Sequence record: SRR20825010_1231
DNA: 64,000 nt
Strand: one strand, 5' to 3'
Shown here in pieces: positions 49,064-59,611 of the stretch. Position numbers and translations under genes: made by a program. The notes below the pieces were generated by a model. That model was not told the origin of the DNA, searched no databases, and saw only the letters and a list, made by a program, of their open reading frames with translations. Position 1 is the first letter of the stretch. Each line of letters starts with the position of its first letter.

Positions 49064-49774
49064 ATGGGTCAAAAAGTCAATCCGATTGCGTTTCGTACCG
49101 GCGTCACCCGTGGTTGGGGAAGTCGTTGGTATGCCTCGAAGCAGGATTTTGCGGACCTGCTGGTGGAAGATCGCAAGATTCGCGAATTCATCACCAAGCA
49201 CCCCAAGAAGTCACAATACAAGAGCGCGGGAATCGATCGCATTGAGATCGAACGTACTCGCGATGAAGTTCGGGTGATGCTTTACGTCGCTCGCCCAGGT
49301 CTGATCATCGGCAAGAAGGGACAGGAAATTGAGATCCTGCAAGCCGAACTACAGAACCTGGTCGGACGTCGCATCAACCTGAAAGTGGAAGAAGTTGGAC
49401 GACCTGAACTGCAAGCTCAATTGGTTGCTGAGGACATCTCGCAACAGTTGGCAAAGCGATCCAGCTTCCGCCGCACGATGAAACGAATGCTCGAACAGAC
49501 GATGGACGCTGGTGCAAAGGGCATCAAAATCCAGATGGCCGGTCGACTGGGCGGTGCCGAAATGGCCCGTCGCGAAAAGCAAAGTGCTGGCTCGATTCCA
49601 TTGAGCACGCTACAAGCCAAGATTGATTACGGATTCACCGAAGCGATGACGCCACAGGGGCACATCGGGATTCAAGTGTGGATTAACCAAGGTACTTACG
49701 GAGACGACAACGATGGCGCTGATGCCCAAACGGGTCAAGCATCGAAAAAGCCAAAGAGGTCGTATAAAAGGTAA
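49064..49774 (+). CDS. rpsC: 30S ribosomal protein S3
   Basis: MGQKVNP, GRLGGAEMAR. Confidence 0.98.
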   Translation: MGQKVNPIAFRTGVTRGWGSRWYASKQDFADLLVEDRKIREFITKHPKKSQYKSAGIDRIEIERTRDEVRVMLYVARPGLIIGKKGQEIEILQAELQNLVGRRINLKVEEVGRPELQAQLVAEDISQQLAKRSSFRRTMKRMLEQTMDAGAKGIKIQMAGRLGGAEMARREKQSAGSIPLSTLQAKIDYGFTEAMTPQGHIGIQVWINQGTYGDDNDGADAQTGQASKKPKRSYKR

Positions 49775-50129
49775 CGCGACTCGCGGCAATACGGTCGTCT
49801 TTGGTGACTACGGTATCCAATCATTGGATGCTGGCTGGATCAAAGCAACGACGATCGAAGCCGGACGAATCGCTGCCCAGCAATACGTTCGCGGCCAAGG
49901 CAAGCTCTATATCCGAATCTTTCCCGACAAGTCTGTGACTAGCACACCGCTGGAAACACGGATGGGTAAAGGTAAAGGGGAGCCTGACTTCTGGGCCGCG
50001 GTTGTGAAGCCGGGAACCATTTTATACGAACTCAGTGGCGTGACCGAACAACAAGCCAAGGTGTGTTTTGCACGTCTGGCGAGCAAGATGCCGGTCAAAG
50101 TCCGATTTGTCGAACGCCGCTCAGCGTGA
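49713..50129 (+). CDS. rplP: 50S ribosomal protein L16
   Basis: LMPKRVKHRK, RMGKGKG. Confidence 0.97.
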   Translation: MALMPKRVKHRKSQRGRIKGNATRGNTVVFGDYGIQSLDAGWIKATTIEAGRIAAQQYVRGQGKLYIRIFPDKSVTSTPLETRMGKGKGEPDFWAAVVKPGTILYELSGVTEQQAKVCFARLASKMPVKVRFVERRSA

Positions 50130-50319
50130 TCGCTTAGCGGTCCGACTGATTGGCGGGTCGATGAGAAGGATTGCCCGCGACACTTCAACATACATCATCA
50201 ACGTGAATGATCGAAACATCGATTGTTCCGTTCGTTGGGGTTGAGAAGTCGATTGGTAAACAATCCAAACCATTCTGACCCTTTGTACGATTCATCCCCT
50301 TTGACCTTTGTCTAATTCG

Positions 50320-50526
50320 ATGACCAAACTGACCGAACTTCGCGAAATGAGCGACGAACAGCTCGATGCGACTGCGAAGGAAGCTGCTGAAACACTGTTT
50401 CGCTTGCGTTTCCAATCTCAGTCGGAGCGTTTGAATACGCCCAGCGAGATCAAGAAGAACCGAAAAACGATCGCTCGTGTCAAGACGATCCAAACAGAAC
50501 GTCAACTTGCTCAACCGCAAGCGTAA
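50320..50526 (+). CDS. rpmC: 50S ribosomal protein L29
   Basis: ELREMS, LFRLRFQ, IARVKT; operon position. Confidence 0.93.
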   Translation: MTKLTELREMSDEQLDATAKEAAETLFRLRFQSQSERLNTPSEIKKNRKTIARVKTIQTERQLAQPQA

Positions 50527-50575
50527 TTGACGCCTCAACCTCACCCATTCATTCACTGCACGTCCAACTAGCACC

Positions 50576-50929
50576 ATGCCCAAACGCGTCGTAGCCGGAA
50601 TTGTGACCAGCGACAAAATGAGCAAGACGCGTCGCGTCGAGATCGCTCGTTTGGTCAAGCATCCAAAATACAAGAAGTACATTCGCCGTCGCACGGTGTG
50701 TCACGTTCACGACGAGAACAATGAATCGGGCGTAGGCGACAAGGTCGAGATCATTGAATCGGAACCATTGAGCAAACTCAAACGCTGGCGTTTGGTCCGC
50801 GTGCTTGAAAAGAGCACCGCAGTCGACGTTGTTGCTTTGCGTGCCGCTCGCAAGAATGCCGAGGCTGAAGGCTTGGCCGCAGCTCACGCTGGTGAACCCG
50901 AAACAGAATCGGCCGCCACGGACGCTTAA
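50576..50929 (+). CDS. rpsQ: 30S ribosomal protein S17
   Basis: [21 protein letters not shown]. Confidence 0.97.
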   Translation: MPKRVVAGIVTSDKMSKTRRVEIARLVKHPKYKKYIRRRTVCHVHDENNESGVGDKVEIIESEPLSKLKRWRLVRVLEKSTAVDVVALRAARKNAEAEGLAAAHAGEPETESAATDA

Positions 50930-50983
50930 TCGCAACCTCCTCCACACAATCGTCCAACGTTTTTGTCGTTGAAGTAAACAGAT

Positions 50984-51352
50984 ATGATCCAACAAGAATC
51001 CCGCCTCGATGTCGCCGACAACACCGGTGCTCGAGAAGTCATGTGCATCAAGGTGCTCGGCGGCAGTCGGCGTCGTTTCGCCACCGTTGGCGACGTGATC
51101 GTATGCAGCGTCAAGAGTGTGATTCCTGGCAGCGAAGTGAAGAAGAAGGCCGTTGTGCGTGCCGTCATCGTCCGGGTGAAGCAACCAACCCGTCGTCCTG
51201 ACGGAAGCTACATTCGCTTTGATTCCAACGCGGTTGTGTTGGTTGACAAAGACCGCAACCCACGCGGAACACGCATCTTCGGTGCGGTCGCCCGTGAGTT
51301 GCGAGAAAACAACTTCATGAAAATCGTCAGCCTGGCCAACGAAGTGGTCTGA
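50984..51352 (+). CDS. rplN: 50S ribosomal protein L14
   Basis: [20 protein letters not shown]. Confidence 0.98.
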   Translation: MIQQESRLDVADNTGAREVMCIKVLGGSRRRFATVGDVIVCSVKSVIPGSEVKKKAVVRAVIVRVKQPTRRPDGSYIRFDSNAVVLVDKDRNPRGTRIFGAVARELRENNFMKIVSLANEVV

Positions 51353-51431
51353 TTCGGTTTCTCGGTGACATCCACCGGGACATCGGGCCTAACCACCATT
51401 TGCAAACAAATTACCGATCAAAGTTACTACC

Positions 51432-51779
51432 ATGAAATTTCGCGTTGACGATGAAGTCATAGTGATTGCCGGAGCTGACAAAGGTCACCGTGGCAAAATT
51501 TTGAAAGTCGATCGCGACAAAGACAAGGTTGTCGTCGAAGGTGCTGCACGCGTGTGGAAGCACGTTCGCCAGAGCCAAAAGAACCCTCAGGGCGGTCGCT
51601 TGAACAAAGAGATGCCCATGAGCGCGAGCAACGTGATGTTGGTCGATCCATCAACCGGCAAACCAACTCGCATCGGCGTTCGCTACCTGGAAGATGGAAG
51701 CAAAGAACGTTTCGCGAAGGCTAGCGGCGAAAGCCTCGGCCAAATCGCACCGGCGAAGGCGTCCAAAGCAGCTAGCTGA
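51432..51779 (+). CDS. rplX: 50S ribosomal protein L24
   Basis: VIAGADKG KOW motif, SNV. Confidence 0.96.
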   Translation: MKFRVDDEVIVIAGADKGHRGKILKVDRDKDKVVVEGAARVWKHVRQSQKNPQGGRLNKEMPMSASNVMLVDPSTGKPTRIGVRYLEDGSKERFAKASGESLGQIAPAKASKAAS

Positions 51780-51846
51780 TTGACGACTACCACCACACAC
51801 ACCTTACCCTATTGGCCGTTACTTCCTTGGCGGCACAGTGCCTAAC

Positions 51847-52428
51847 ATGTCCAGCAACATTCCACGAATGCAACAGCGTTACGACGAATCCGTTCGTGCC
51901 GCTCTGACAGAAACTTACGGCTACAAGAACGTGCACCAAGTGCCACGTCTGCTGAAGATCAGCATGAACATGGGTGTTGGTGCCGCTGTTGGCGACAAGA
52001 AGGTCCTCGACTTGGCCATCGATTCGATGACCCAAATCACCGGACAAAAACCAGTCACCACCATTGCTCGTAAATCAATTGCAGGCTTCCGCTTGCGTGA
52101 AGGTATGCCAATCGGCTGCATGGTCACGATGCGTCGCCAACGGATGTATGAGTTCTTGGACCGTTTGGTTTCAATCGTTCTCCCTCGTGTCCGTGACTTT
52201 CGCGGTATCAGTCGCAAAGCCTTTGATGGCAACGGCAACTACACACTTGGTTTGAACGAGCAACTGGTTTTTCCAGAGCTTAACCCAGACAAATTCGTTC
52301 GTCCCCAAGGGATGAACATCAGCTTCGTTACTTCGGCCAAAACCGACGACGAAGCTCGTGAGATGTTGCGGTTGTTCGGCATGCCGTTCAAGCAACCCAA
52401 AGAAAAAGAGCAGGCCGGCGCGGCCTGA
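51847..52428 (+). CDS. rplE: 50S ribosomal protein L5
   Basis: [22 protein letters not shown]. Confidence 0.98.
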   Translation: MSSNIPRMQQRYDESVRAALTETYGYKNVHQVPRLLKISMNMGVGAAVGDKKVLDLAIDSMTQITGQKPVTTIARKSIAGFRLREGMPIGCMVTMRRQRMYEFLDRLVSIVLPRVRDFRGISRKAFDGNGNYTLGLNEQLVFPELNPDKFVRPQGMNISFVTSAKTDDEAREMLRLFGMPFKQPKEKEQAGAA

Positions 52429-52526
52429 TTCGGTTCCCCTCCCGGAACCAACCAATCGTTATATTTCAATTCGTCACATGTCTCTCGCTTGAGACGCTCC
52501 CCGATCCGTACACCGCAGGTCCTTTC

Positions 52527-52712
52527 GTGGCAAGCAAATCCAAGGTCGCCAAGGCGCTTCGCACGCCTAAATTTTCAACTCGAAAAGAGAACCGTTGCAA
52601 GTTTTGCGGTCGTCCACGTTCGGTGTATCGCAAGTTCGGCTTGTGCCGAATTTGCTTCCGTGAGAATGCCAACGCGGGATTGATCCCAGGCGTTCGTAAG
52701 AGCAGCTGGTGA
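52527..52712 (+). CDS. rpsN: 30S ribosomal protein S14, short zinc-binding type
   Basis: RCKFCGR..CRICFRE; 61 aa. Confidence 0.96.
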   Translation: MASKSKVAKALRTPKFSTRKENRCKFCGRPRSVYRKFGLCRICFRENANAGLIPGVRKSSW

Positions 52713-52741
52713 GCTTGGATAATTAAAGGGAAACCACAGCC

Positions 52742-53143
52742 ATGATGACCGACCCCATTGCCGACATGCTCACCCGAATTCGCAACGCCGTACGCGTCGA
52801 GCGTCCGTTCGTTGACATCCCCGCCAGCCGCGTAAAGCGTGGTTTGGCCGATGTTCTCAAACGAGAAGGATTCATTTGGGACTGGAAAGAAGAGAAGCTG
52901 GAAGAAGAACCAGTCGGCTACCTTCGTTTGGAACTGAAATATGGTCCCAACGGAGAACGAGTGATTCAGTCCATCCGACGAATCAGCAAGCCAGGCCGTC
53001 GTTTGTACAGCCGCAGTAAAGAACTCAAGCCTGTGTTGGGCGGTTTGGGAATCCGAATCATCAGCACCAGCAAGGGTGTGATCAGCGATCGCGAAGCACG
53101 CCGAGACAAAATTGGCGGCGAAGTCCTCTGCGAAGTGTCGTGA
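52742..53143 (+). CDS. rpsH: 30S ribosomal protein S8
   Basis: DPIADMLTRIRN, SKPGRR. Confidence 0.98.
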   Translation: MMTDPIADMLTRIRNAVRVERPFVDIPASRVKRGLADVLKREGFIWDWKEEKLEEEPVGYLRLELKYGPNGERVIQSIRRISKPGRRLYSRSKELKPVLGGLGIRIISTSKGVISDREARRDKIGGEVLCEVS

Positions 53144-53208
53144 TCGATCGTCGTTGACGCCCCAATTGCCAAACCATTTATATTTCCCCCGTACATTTGT
53201 AATCAGCC

Positions 53209-53754
53209 ATGAGCCGCATTGGTAACAAGCCAGTCGCGATCCCCTCCGGTGTGACAGTTAGCATTGCTGACCGCAACATTGATGTGGAAGGTCCCAAGGG
53301 CAAACTGTCGTTCAAACATCGTCCTGAAGTGAAGGTCGCCGTTGACAGTGACACCAACCAAGTGATCGTTTCGCGTGATGGGGATGATCGTCCCTCCCGT
53401 GAATTTCATGGTCTGACCCGTGCGATCGTCGCCAACATGATGGTTGGTGTGAAAGACGGATACGAAAAGAAGTTGGAAATCGTCGGCGTCGGTTACCTGG
53501 CATCGATCAGCGGTGACACACTGCAACTGCGTGTCGGCTATGCCAACGAACTGCACCGCAAAATCCCAACTGACCTGACAGTCACTTGCCCGGACCAGAC
53601 TCACGTTGTGATTCAGGGCTGCGACAAACAAAGCGTCGGGCAATTCGCGGCTGAGATTCGCTCGCTTCGCAAACCTGAGCCTTACAAGGGCAAAGGGATT
53701 CGATACCAAGGCGAACAGGTCAAGATCAAACCAGGTAAGTCGGCCACCAAGTAG
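53209..53754 (+). CDS. rplF: 50S ribosomal protein L6
   Basis: MSRIGNKP, PEPYKGKGIRY. Confidence 0.98.
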   Translation: MSRIGNKPVAIPSGVTVSIADRNIDVEGPKGKLSFKHRPEVKVAVDSDTNQVIVSRDGDDRPSREFHGLTRAIVANMMVGVKDGYEKKLEIVGVGYLASISGDTLQLRVGYANELHRKIPTDLTVTCPDQTHVVIQGCDKQSVGQFAAEIRSLRKPEPYKGKGIRYQGEQVKIKPGKSATK

Positions 53755-53837
53755 GTTTGCCGTCGCAATTGGCGGGGCGTCGCTCCGCTGTTTCCATTCA
53801 TTTCATCCGTTCACAACGATCATCGTGGGTCGTCACT

Positions 53838-54206
53838 ATGGACAAGAACAAAAAACTCCAAAGCAAACGCCTGCGTCGCCGGCGCCATGTTCGCAACAAG
53901 TTGCGAGGCAGTGCCGACCAGCCACGTTTGTGCATTCAGCGTACGCTGAAGCACTTCGCTTGCCAGGTCGTTGATGACCAAGCTGGCAAGACCCTTCTCA
54001 GTGCGAGCACACGCGACAAAACTGTCCGTGACCAAGTGAAGGCCGGTGGCAACTGTGACGCCGCGGCATTGGTTGGTAAGCTGGTCGCAGAAAAGGCTGC
54101 TGAGGCGGGTGTTAAGACCGTCAAGCTTGATCGTGGTCACAACAAGTACCACGGCCGAGTCAAAGCATTCGCAGACGCCGCTCGCGAAGCTGGTTTGCAG
54201 TTTTAA
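53838..54206 (+). CDS. rplR: 50S ribosomal protein L18
   Basis: PRL, YHGRVKAFADAAREAGL. Confidence 0.96.
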   Translation: MDKNKKLQSKRLRRRRHVRNKLRGSADQPRLCIQRTLKHFACQVVDDQAGKTLLSASTRDKTVRDQVKAGGNCDAAALVGKLVAEKAAEAGVKTVKLDRGHNKYHGRVKAFADAAREAGLQF

Positions 54207-54253
54207 TTTTCCCATCCCGCGACATTCATCGCAACGAATCAACATAGTCCGCC

Positions 54254-54787
54254 ATGAGCAACGCACGAAACAAACGCAACAACAAGAACGAAGAGCAAGG
54301 TTTGGAAGCCGGTCTTCTGGACCGCGTCGTCAAAATCAAACGTTGTGCGGCTGTGGTTAAGGGCGGTCGCCGTTTCAGCTTTGCTGCGATGGTTGTCGTC
54401 GGCAACGGCAGTGGGCAGGTTGGTTGGGGCTATGGCAAGGCCAACGAAGTTCCACCAAGCGTGCAGAAAGCACAAAAGCAAGCTTCACGTAGCATGATCC
54501 ATGTTCCATTGGTCGAGGGCAGCATTCCTCACCAAGTTTGGGGCCGATATGGTGCCGCTCGCGTTGTCTTGATTCCAGCTGGTGCTGGTACGGGTATCAT
54601 CGCTGGTCAAGCCGTCCGTGCTGTTTGCGAAGCCTGCGGAATCCACGACATTCTGACCAAGTCCTACGGAACCAATAATCCCGTCACGCTGGTCAAAGCG
54701 ACCCTCGACGCGATGAGCAAGTTGCGAACCCGCGAGCAAATCGCTGCTTTGCGTGGATTGAACCCAGACGATTTGATCGAAGCCTAA
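54254..54787 (+). CDS. rpsE: 30S ribosomal protein S5
   Basis: VVKGGRRFSF, GKANEVP. Confidence 0.98.
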   Translation: MSNARNKRNNKNEEQGLEAGLLDRVVKIKRCAAVVKGGRRFSFAAMVVVGNGSGQVGWGYGKANEVPPSVQKAQKQASRSMIHVPLVEGSIPHQVWGRYGAARVVLIPAGAGTGIIAGQAVRAVCEACGIHDILTKSYGTNNPVTLVKATLDAMSKLRTREQIAALRGLNPDDLIEA

Positions 54788-54950
54788 CAAAGCTGGCGGA
54801 ATGCATCCGCCAAGAAGAAATTGCTTGGTTCCCATCGCTTTGAAGCGACCGACTTCGGATACCTTTGGCAAAGACACTCATTCAAACACTCGGGCAGCAT
54901 GACTGACGCCCAACGCTCAGTCTCCCGCCCCCAGCCATTCCATCACTACT

Positions 54951-55445
54951 ATGCAACTCAACGACGTTCATCGCGGTATTACGAAACACCGCCCTCGAAA
55001 ACGCATCGGTCGTGGTCCTGGTAGCGGCACCGGCAAAACGTCGGGTCGTGGGCACAAGGGACACAAGAGCCGCAGCGGTTACAGCCGCAAGCCCAACTTC
55101 CAGGGCGGTGCGATGCCAATGTTCCGTCGCGTGCCAAAGCGTGGTTTCAACAACCGTTGGGCGTTGACCATCTTCGCTGTCAATGTTGGCAAGCTGAACG
55201 ATGCTTTCAACGAAGGTGAAACCGTCACCCTCGAAGCACTCGCCGCCAAGAACCTCGCGAAGGGAAACTTCGACGAACTGAAGGTTCTCGGTGATGGTGA
55301 ATTGACAAAGAAGCTGACCATTCAGGCTCATCGCTTCAGCAAGTCGGCTGAAGAAAAGATCTCGGCCGCGGGCGGGACAGCAGAAAAGCTGGCTCCGAAA
55401 CGCACGCCAGACGAACGCGTCGAAGCCCTCAAAAGCGAAAAGTAA
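54951..55445 (+). CDS. rplO: 50S ribosomal protein L15
   Basis: [23 protein letters not shown]. Confidence 0.98.
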
Positions 55446-55499
55446 TCCGGAGAATTCGCGGCCAATGACGGTCGCGACTTTCCACCTAACCGACAAAAC

Positions 55500-55536
55500 A
55501 ACAGGCCTTGGCGATTTCGTCGGGCCTGTTTTCTTT
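55500..55536 (+). terminator. Putative intrinsic terminator/attenuator between rplO and secY
   Basis: aacaggcc...ggcctgtt stem followed by ttcttt. Confidence 0.5.
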
Positions 55537-55722
55537 GAATTGGCACCAGTTGAAAAAGCTTCGCGGCAATCGTTCTTCCGTGATTTGGCTTTGGTTGCTA
55601 GTTTGATTGCCGTGGCGATGGTAATTTCCTTCGCCAAGTCCAGAACAACCTTTGCGTGCTCGCCATTTTTGCTTGGCGAGACGACATGAATTCACCCTGC
55701 ACGATCGACGACGGACGGATCG

Positions 55723-57117
55723 ATGTTTGAAAAGCTGCGAATCATTTTCTCGATCCCTGAACTTCGCAAGAAGGTCATGCTGACGATCGGGTTGCTTGCT
55801 ATCTACCGGATCGGGTTCCATATCCCGTTGCCGATGATCGCCACCAACTTGGACAGCGGTGCTGGCGGCGGTGCAGCCGACTTTTTCGAAAAGGTCAGCG
55901 TTTTCGCGGCTAGCGATCTTCGTCAAGCGACGATCTTCGGCCTCGGAATCATGCCGTACATTTCGGCGTCGATTATCTTCCAATTGCTCGGCAGCGTTTA
56001 CAAACCGCTGGAAGAGTTGAAAAAGGAAGGCGAAGCTGGCCGGAAGAAACTCAACGAATACACGCGTTATCTGACTGTGGTGATCTGCTTGGTGCAGAGC
56101 TACATGTATCTCAAGTTCATGCTGATGGCTGGCTCTAATGGCCAAAGCAGCATCAACCCGAACTTCATGAATGCGAACGAACAATTGTTCTTCGGCTGGC
56201 AAATCGTGGCCGTTCTGGTCATGACAACAGGAACCGTGTTCCTGATGTGGCTGGGTGAGCAAATTGACGAATACGGTATCGGCAACGGGATCAGCTTGCT
56301 GATCATGGCCGGCATCCTGGCTCAGATGCCTAAGGCACTCTACGAATTGGTGCTGGGGATGAAGACCGAACTGACCGGACTGGCAAAAGGCCAAGTCGGA
56401 ATTGAGACCCTGATCATCTTGGTCGTGCTGTTTGTTGTCGTCGTCTTCGGTGTGGTGTTTATCACATTGGGACAACGCAAAATCCCAACTCAATCGGCCA
56501 AGTTTACTCGCGGTCGTCGCGTGTATGGTGGCACACGGCAACACTTGCCGCTTCGAATCAATCAAGCCGGTGTGATGCCCATCATTTTCGCCAGCTCGCT
56601 GTTGATGATTCCAGGTGTTCTGTTTGGGTTCCTTGCTGGTCAATTTGCGTCTGACGGTTCCTTGTTCCGCGGATTCAACCTGATCAGCTTGACGATGAGC
56701 GATCAGACCTCGTACTTCTTCAACCTGTTGTATGTCGGTTTGATCTTCTTCTTCTGCTACTTCTGGACAGCAATCACTTTCAACCCGAAAGAAATGAGCG
56801 ACAACCTGCGTGATTCAGGAACATTCATTCCTGGTTACCGTCCAGGCCGTCGTACGACGGACTACCTCGAAAAGGTGATGGTCCGCATTACCTATGTCGG
56901 TGCTGCCTTCTTGGGTTTGATCGCGATTGTTCCAACAATCGTTTACGGATCCCTAGGTGTTCCTTACTCGATCGCCGGTTTTTACGGTGGTACGGGTCTG
57001 CTGATCGCCGTCAGCGTCGCGTTCGACTTGGTTCAAAAGATCGACAGTCACTTGGTGATGCGAAACTATCGCGGATTGCTGGAAGGTGCCGGCGGCGGCA
57101 CTTCACCCGTCGTTTGA
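55723..57117 (+). CDS. secY: Preprotein translocase subunit SecY
   Basis: LGIMPYISASII, GIGNGISL, AGVMPIIFASS, FIPGYRPG. Confidence 0.98.
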   Translation: MFEKLRIIFSIPELRKKVMLTIGLLAIYRIGFHIPLPMIATNLDSGAGGGAADFFEKVSVFAASDLRQATIFGLGIMPYISASIIFQLLGSVYKPLEELKKEGEAGRKKLNEYTRYLTVVICLVQSYMYLKFMLMAGSNGQSSINPNFMNANEQLFFGWQIVAVLVMTTGTVFLMWLGEQIDEYGIGNGISLLIMAGILAQMPKALYELVLGMKTELTGLAKGQVGIETLIILVVLFVVVVFGVVFITLGQRKIPTQSAKFTRGRRVYGGTRQHLPLRINQAGVMPIIFASSLLMIPGVLFGFLAGQFASDGSLFRGFNLISLTMSDQTSYFFNLLYVGLIFFFCYFWTAITFNPKEMSDNLRDSGTFIPGYRPGRRTTDYLEKVMVRITYVGAAFLGLIAIVPTIVYGSLGVPYSIAGFYGGTGLLIAVSVAFDLVQKIDSHLVMRNYRGLLEGAGGGTSPVV

Positions 57118-57130
57118 TTCTGGCAGTTTT

Positions 57131-57709
57131 GTGCGAATTGTCTTTATCGGCCCGCCTGGCGCGGGCAAGGGCACTCAGTGTGAACTGCTAAGCAAAGCTC
57201 TCAAGGTGCCTCACATTGGCACCGGCGGAATGCTGAGAGCCTTAAAGCCAGAAAGTGGCGAGCAGATTCATCTTCGAATCGATCGCGGCCACTTTGCACC
57301 GGATGATTTCGTGCTGCAGATGGTTGCGGAACGACTCGCTCAACCGGACAGCCGCACCGGTTATCTGTTGGACGGTTTTCCGCGAACGCAGGTCCAAGCC
57401 AGTGCATTCGACAAGCAACTCGTCGCGGCTTCGCTGAAACTGGATCACGTGTTGCACCTTCAAGTTTCGGCGGACGTTCTGATCGAACGTCTCCGCAAGA
57501 GGGGTGAAACCGAAAACCGTGCCGACGATTCCGAAGAGTTCATTCGAGAGCGTTTTCGCATCTACGAAGATCGAACCGCCCCGTTGCTGGATCACTATCG
57601 GTGTCAGGGGTTGGTTCGGGACATCGACGCTTCCGATTCAGAGTCGCTGGTGCATGCATCGATTTGCGAATGCCTGAATTTCACGCTCGCCTCGCCAGCA
57701 GAGTCTTAA
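57131..57709 (+). CDS. adk: Adenylate kinase (short LID type)
   Basis: GPPGAGKGTQ, LDGFPRT, RADD. Confidence 0.93.
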   Translation: MRIVFIGPPGAGKGTQCELLSKALKVPHIGTGGMLRALKPESGEQIHLRIDRGHFAPDDFVLQMVAERLAQPDSRTGYLLDGFPRTQVQASAFDKQLVAASLKLDHVLHLQVSADVLIERLRKRGETENRADDSEEFIRERFRIYEDRTAPLLDHYRCQGLVRDIDASDSESLVHASICECLNFTLASPAES

Positions 57710-57771
57710 GCGACGGCCTTTTCCGGAGCGGCGCGGACCCAGGTAGAGCCGACCCACTGCAGATGATGTTC

Positions 57772-58473
57772 TCAACGTGCTCGTCGAGAACGGCGTTGGC
57801 GTTCCATTCGAATCCGGCAACCAACTGGAACCGTCTCTGAAACCGTGACAGGTTTGCCCGCCAATACATCATCGATTGCATCCCGCAGGTACGGCTTGCT
57901 CACATTGCGGCCATCAGGACTATCGTCCATCGCCCCCATGTAGGCGATTTTGCGATCGGCATCGAGCACGAAGAACTGTGGCGTGTACTTCGCGCCATAA
58001 TCGCGAGCGATCTGTTGGGACTCATCGTAGAGATAAGCGAACGGGAACTGCTTTTCCTTCGCTTTCTCTTTCATGGCCGGCATCGCGTCCTCTTCGATCG
58101 TGTTGACGTTGACGGCGATCACCGAGACCGATTTCTCTGCGTAGTCCTTGGTCAGTGCGATCAGGCGTTCTTCCGCGTCGATCGCATAAGGACAACTGTT
58201 GCAAGTGAATGCCAGAACCACGACCTTCGAATCCGATAGATCGTTCAGGGACGAAGTCGTGTCCTCCGTGGTCGGCAACTCACTCCATTCGGGAGCCGGA
58301 TCACCAATCTCCAGCACGGTGTTGAACTCACCAGCAACAGCGTGGCCAGCCAAATGGATCCAGCAACAGGTCGTCACGAGACCGACCAGAACGCAGCAAT
58401 TTAATTTCATCGAGACTCTCTCGGACGAGGCGAAGACACCAACGATCAATGAGTTTAGCTGAACCACCTTCAT
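57772..58473 (-). CDS. Exported thioredoxin-fold (AhpC/TSA-like) protein
   Basis: FTCNSCPY, YLYDESQ, TP, YMGAMDD, GC. Confidence 0.85.
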   Translation of the reverse strand: MKVVQLNSLIVGVFASSERVSMKLNCCVLVGLVTTCCWIHLAGHAVAGEFNTVLEIGDPAPEWSELPTTEDTTSSLNDLSDSKVVVLAFTCNSCPYAIDAEERLIALTKDYAEKSVSVIAVNVNTIEEDAMPAMKEKAKEKQFPFAYLYDESQQIARDYGAKYTPQFFVLDADRKIAYMGAMDDSPDGRNVSKPYLRDAIDDVLAGKPVTVSETVPVGCRIRMERQRRSRRAR

Positions 58474-59519
58474 CGGTAGCCAGGTTGAAAGATGGAATCA
58501 CCGTACATCTGGTGAATCGCGTTCGCGACGTGTTGTGCGATCGCCTTGCTACCGCGAGCGTTGCTGTGGATCCCGTCATCGCTGAGACGAGAGTCTGGCA
58601 TCCATCGACCAGGCGGAGCGTAGGGACTCATCAGGACAATTTCCCGCAACCATGTGTCTGAAACCAATTGGACATCGGTTTCATAAGCGATTTCTCTTTC
58701 TAAAGCCCAGAAAGGATCGAACATGAATCCGCGAGGGATCTCCATTAAAACCACTTCAGCATTTTGCAGACGGCATTGCTCGATGATTTGCAATAGATTT
58801 GCCTTGGTCTGATCGCGACTCTTTCCTTGCAAAAAGTCATGGCCGCCCAGTTCAACGATCACGAGCTGTGGATCGTGAGAAAAGATCCGCTGCATCTGAC
58901 CGAGTCCTTGGGATGTTGCGATCCCGGATGTTCCAAGATTGATGACTTCAACCTCAAGCATTTCGCTTAGCGGATCGGGGAAACCGTGATCCGGTAACAT
59001 CCCGTCGGTTAGGCTGTCTCCCAGACAAACGATCGAGCGAGACGGGTCAAAGGTCAATTCGCGACCACAATTTTGAATGACTTGCCATTCGACATAAAAC
59101 CAAGTCCAAGTCGCGATCAGCGCAAGTGAAGTGCAGAGAGTTGCCCGCCGTGGCAACGTCATGCTTGTACGCATCCGAATGACGATCAACGCCAACATCA
59201 GACCGCTAAGTGTTATGGATGCCGGGGTGCGAGGCAGAAACTTCACGAGCAAGATGACGAGTCCCGCTACAAGCGGCAAATAGGCGGGACGCTCACTGTG
59301 AACCAGAACGAGATGCCAAACAATCCAGACGGCGACAACGAACGGGAGCACACTCGGAAACGCTAATAAAGAAACCGCCAGGATGCTGCCAATACAAAAG
59401 ACTTTCAAAATGCCAGCAAACGACGACTTCTGTCGCTTGGTCGGTTTCGGTTTTGTCTCGTCGCTCTGAATCGAGCAATTCACGTCGCTCAAGTTCGCTT
59501 CGCCTCCATTTTGTTTCAT
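58470..59519 (-). CDS. Membrane-anchored GDSL/SGNH hydrolase
   Basis: TM helices then GDSLT, ELGGHD, DGIH. Confidence 0.85.
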   Translation of the reverse strand: MKQNGGEANLSDVNCSIQSDETKPKPTKRQKSSFAGILKVFCIGSILAVSLLAFPSVLPFVVAVWIVWHLVLVHSERPAYLPLVAGLVILLVKFLPRTPASITLSGLMLALIVIRMRTSMTLPRRATLCTSLALIATWTWFYVEWQVIQNCGRELTFDPSRSIVCLGDSLTDGMLPDHGFPDPLSEMLEVEVINLGTSGIATSQGLGQMQRIFSHDPQLVIVELGGHDFLQGKSRDQTKANLLQIIEQCRLQNAEVVLMEIPRGFMFDPFWALEREIAYETDVQLVSDTWLREIVLMSPYAPPGRWMPDSRLSDDGIHSNARGSKAIAQHVANAIHQMYGDSIFQPGYR

Positions 59520-59611
59520 CCTGCAGCCTGCTCGATTATAACCACATCGATTGCTGCCCCGTTCATCGATCCTTCCCTCCCATTCATCCCCTGAACCAAA
59601 AGGATCAAAGC

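Noticed and set aside
54821-55024. 67-aa ORF as a possible L30
   Set aside because: No L30 similarity and overlaps rplO out of frame.
55465-55689. 74-aa ORF between rplO and secY
   Set aside because: No recognisable family and spans a terminator-like hairpin; cannot be supported.
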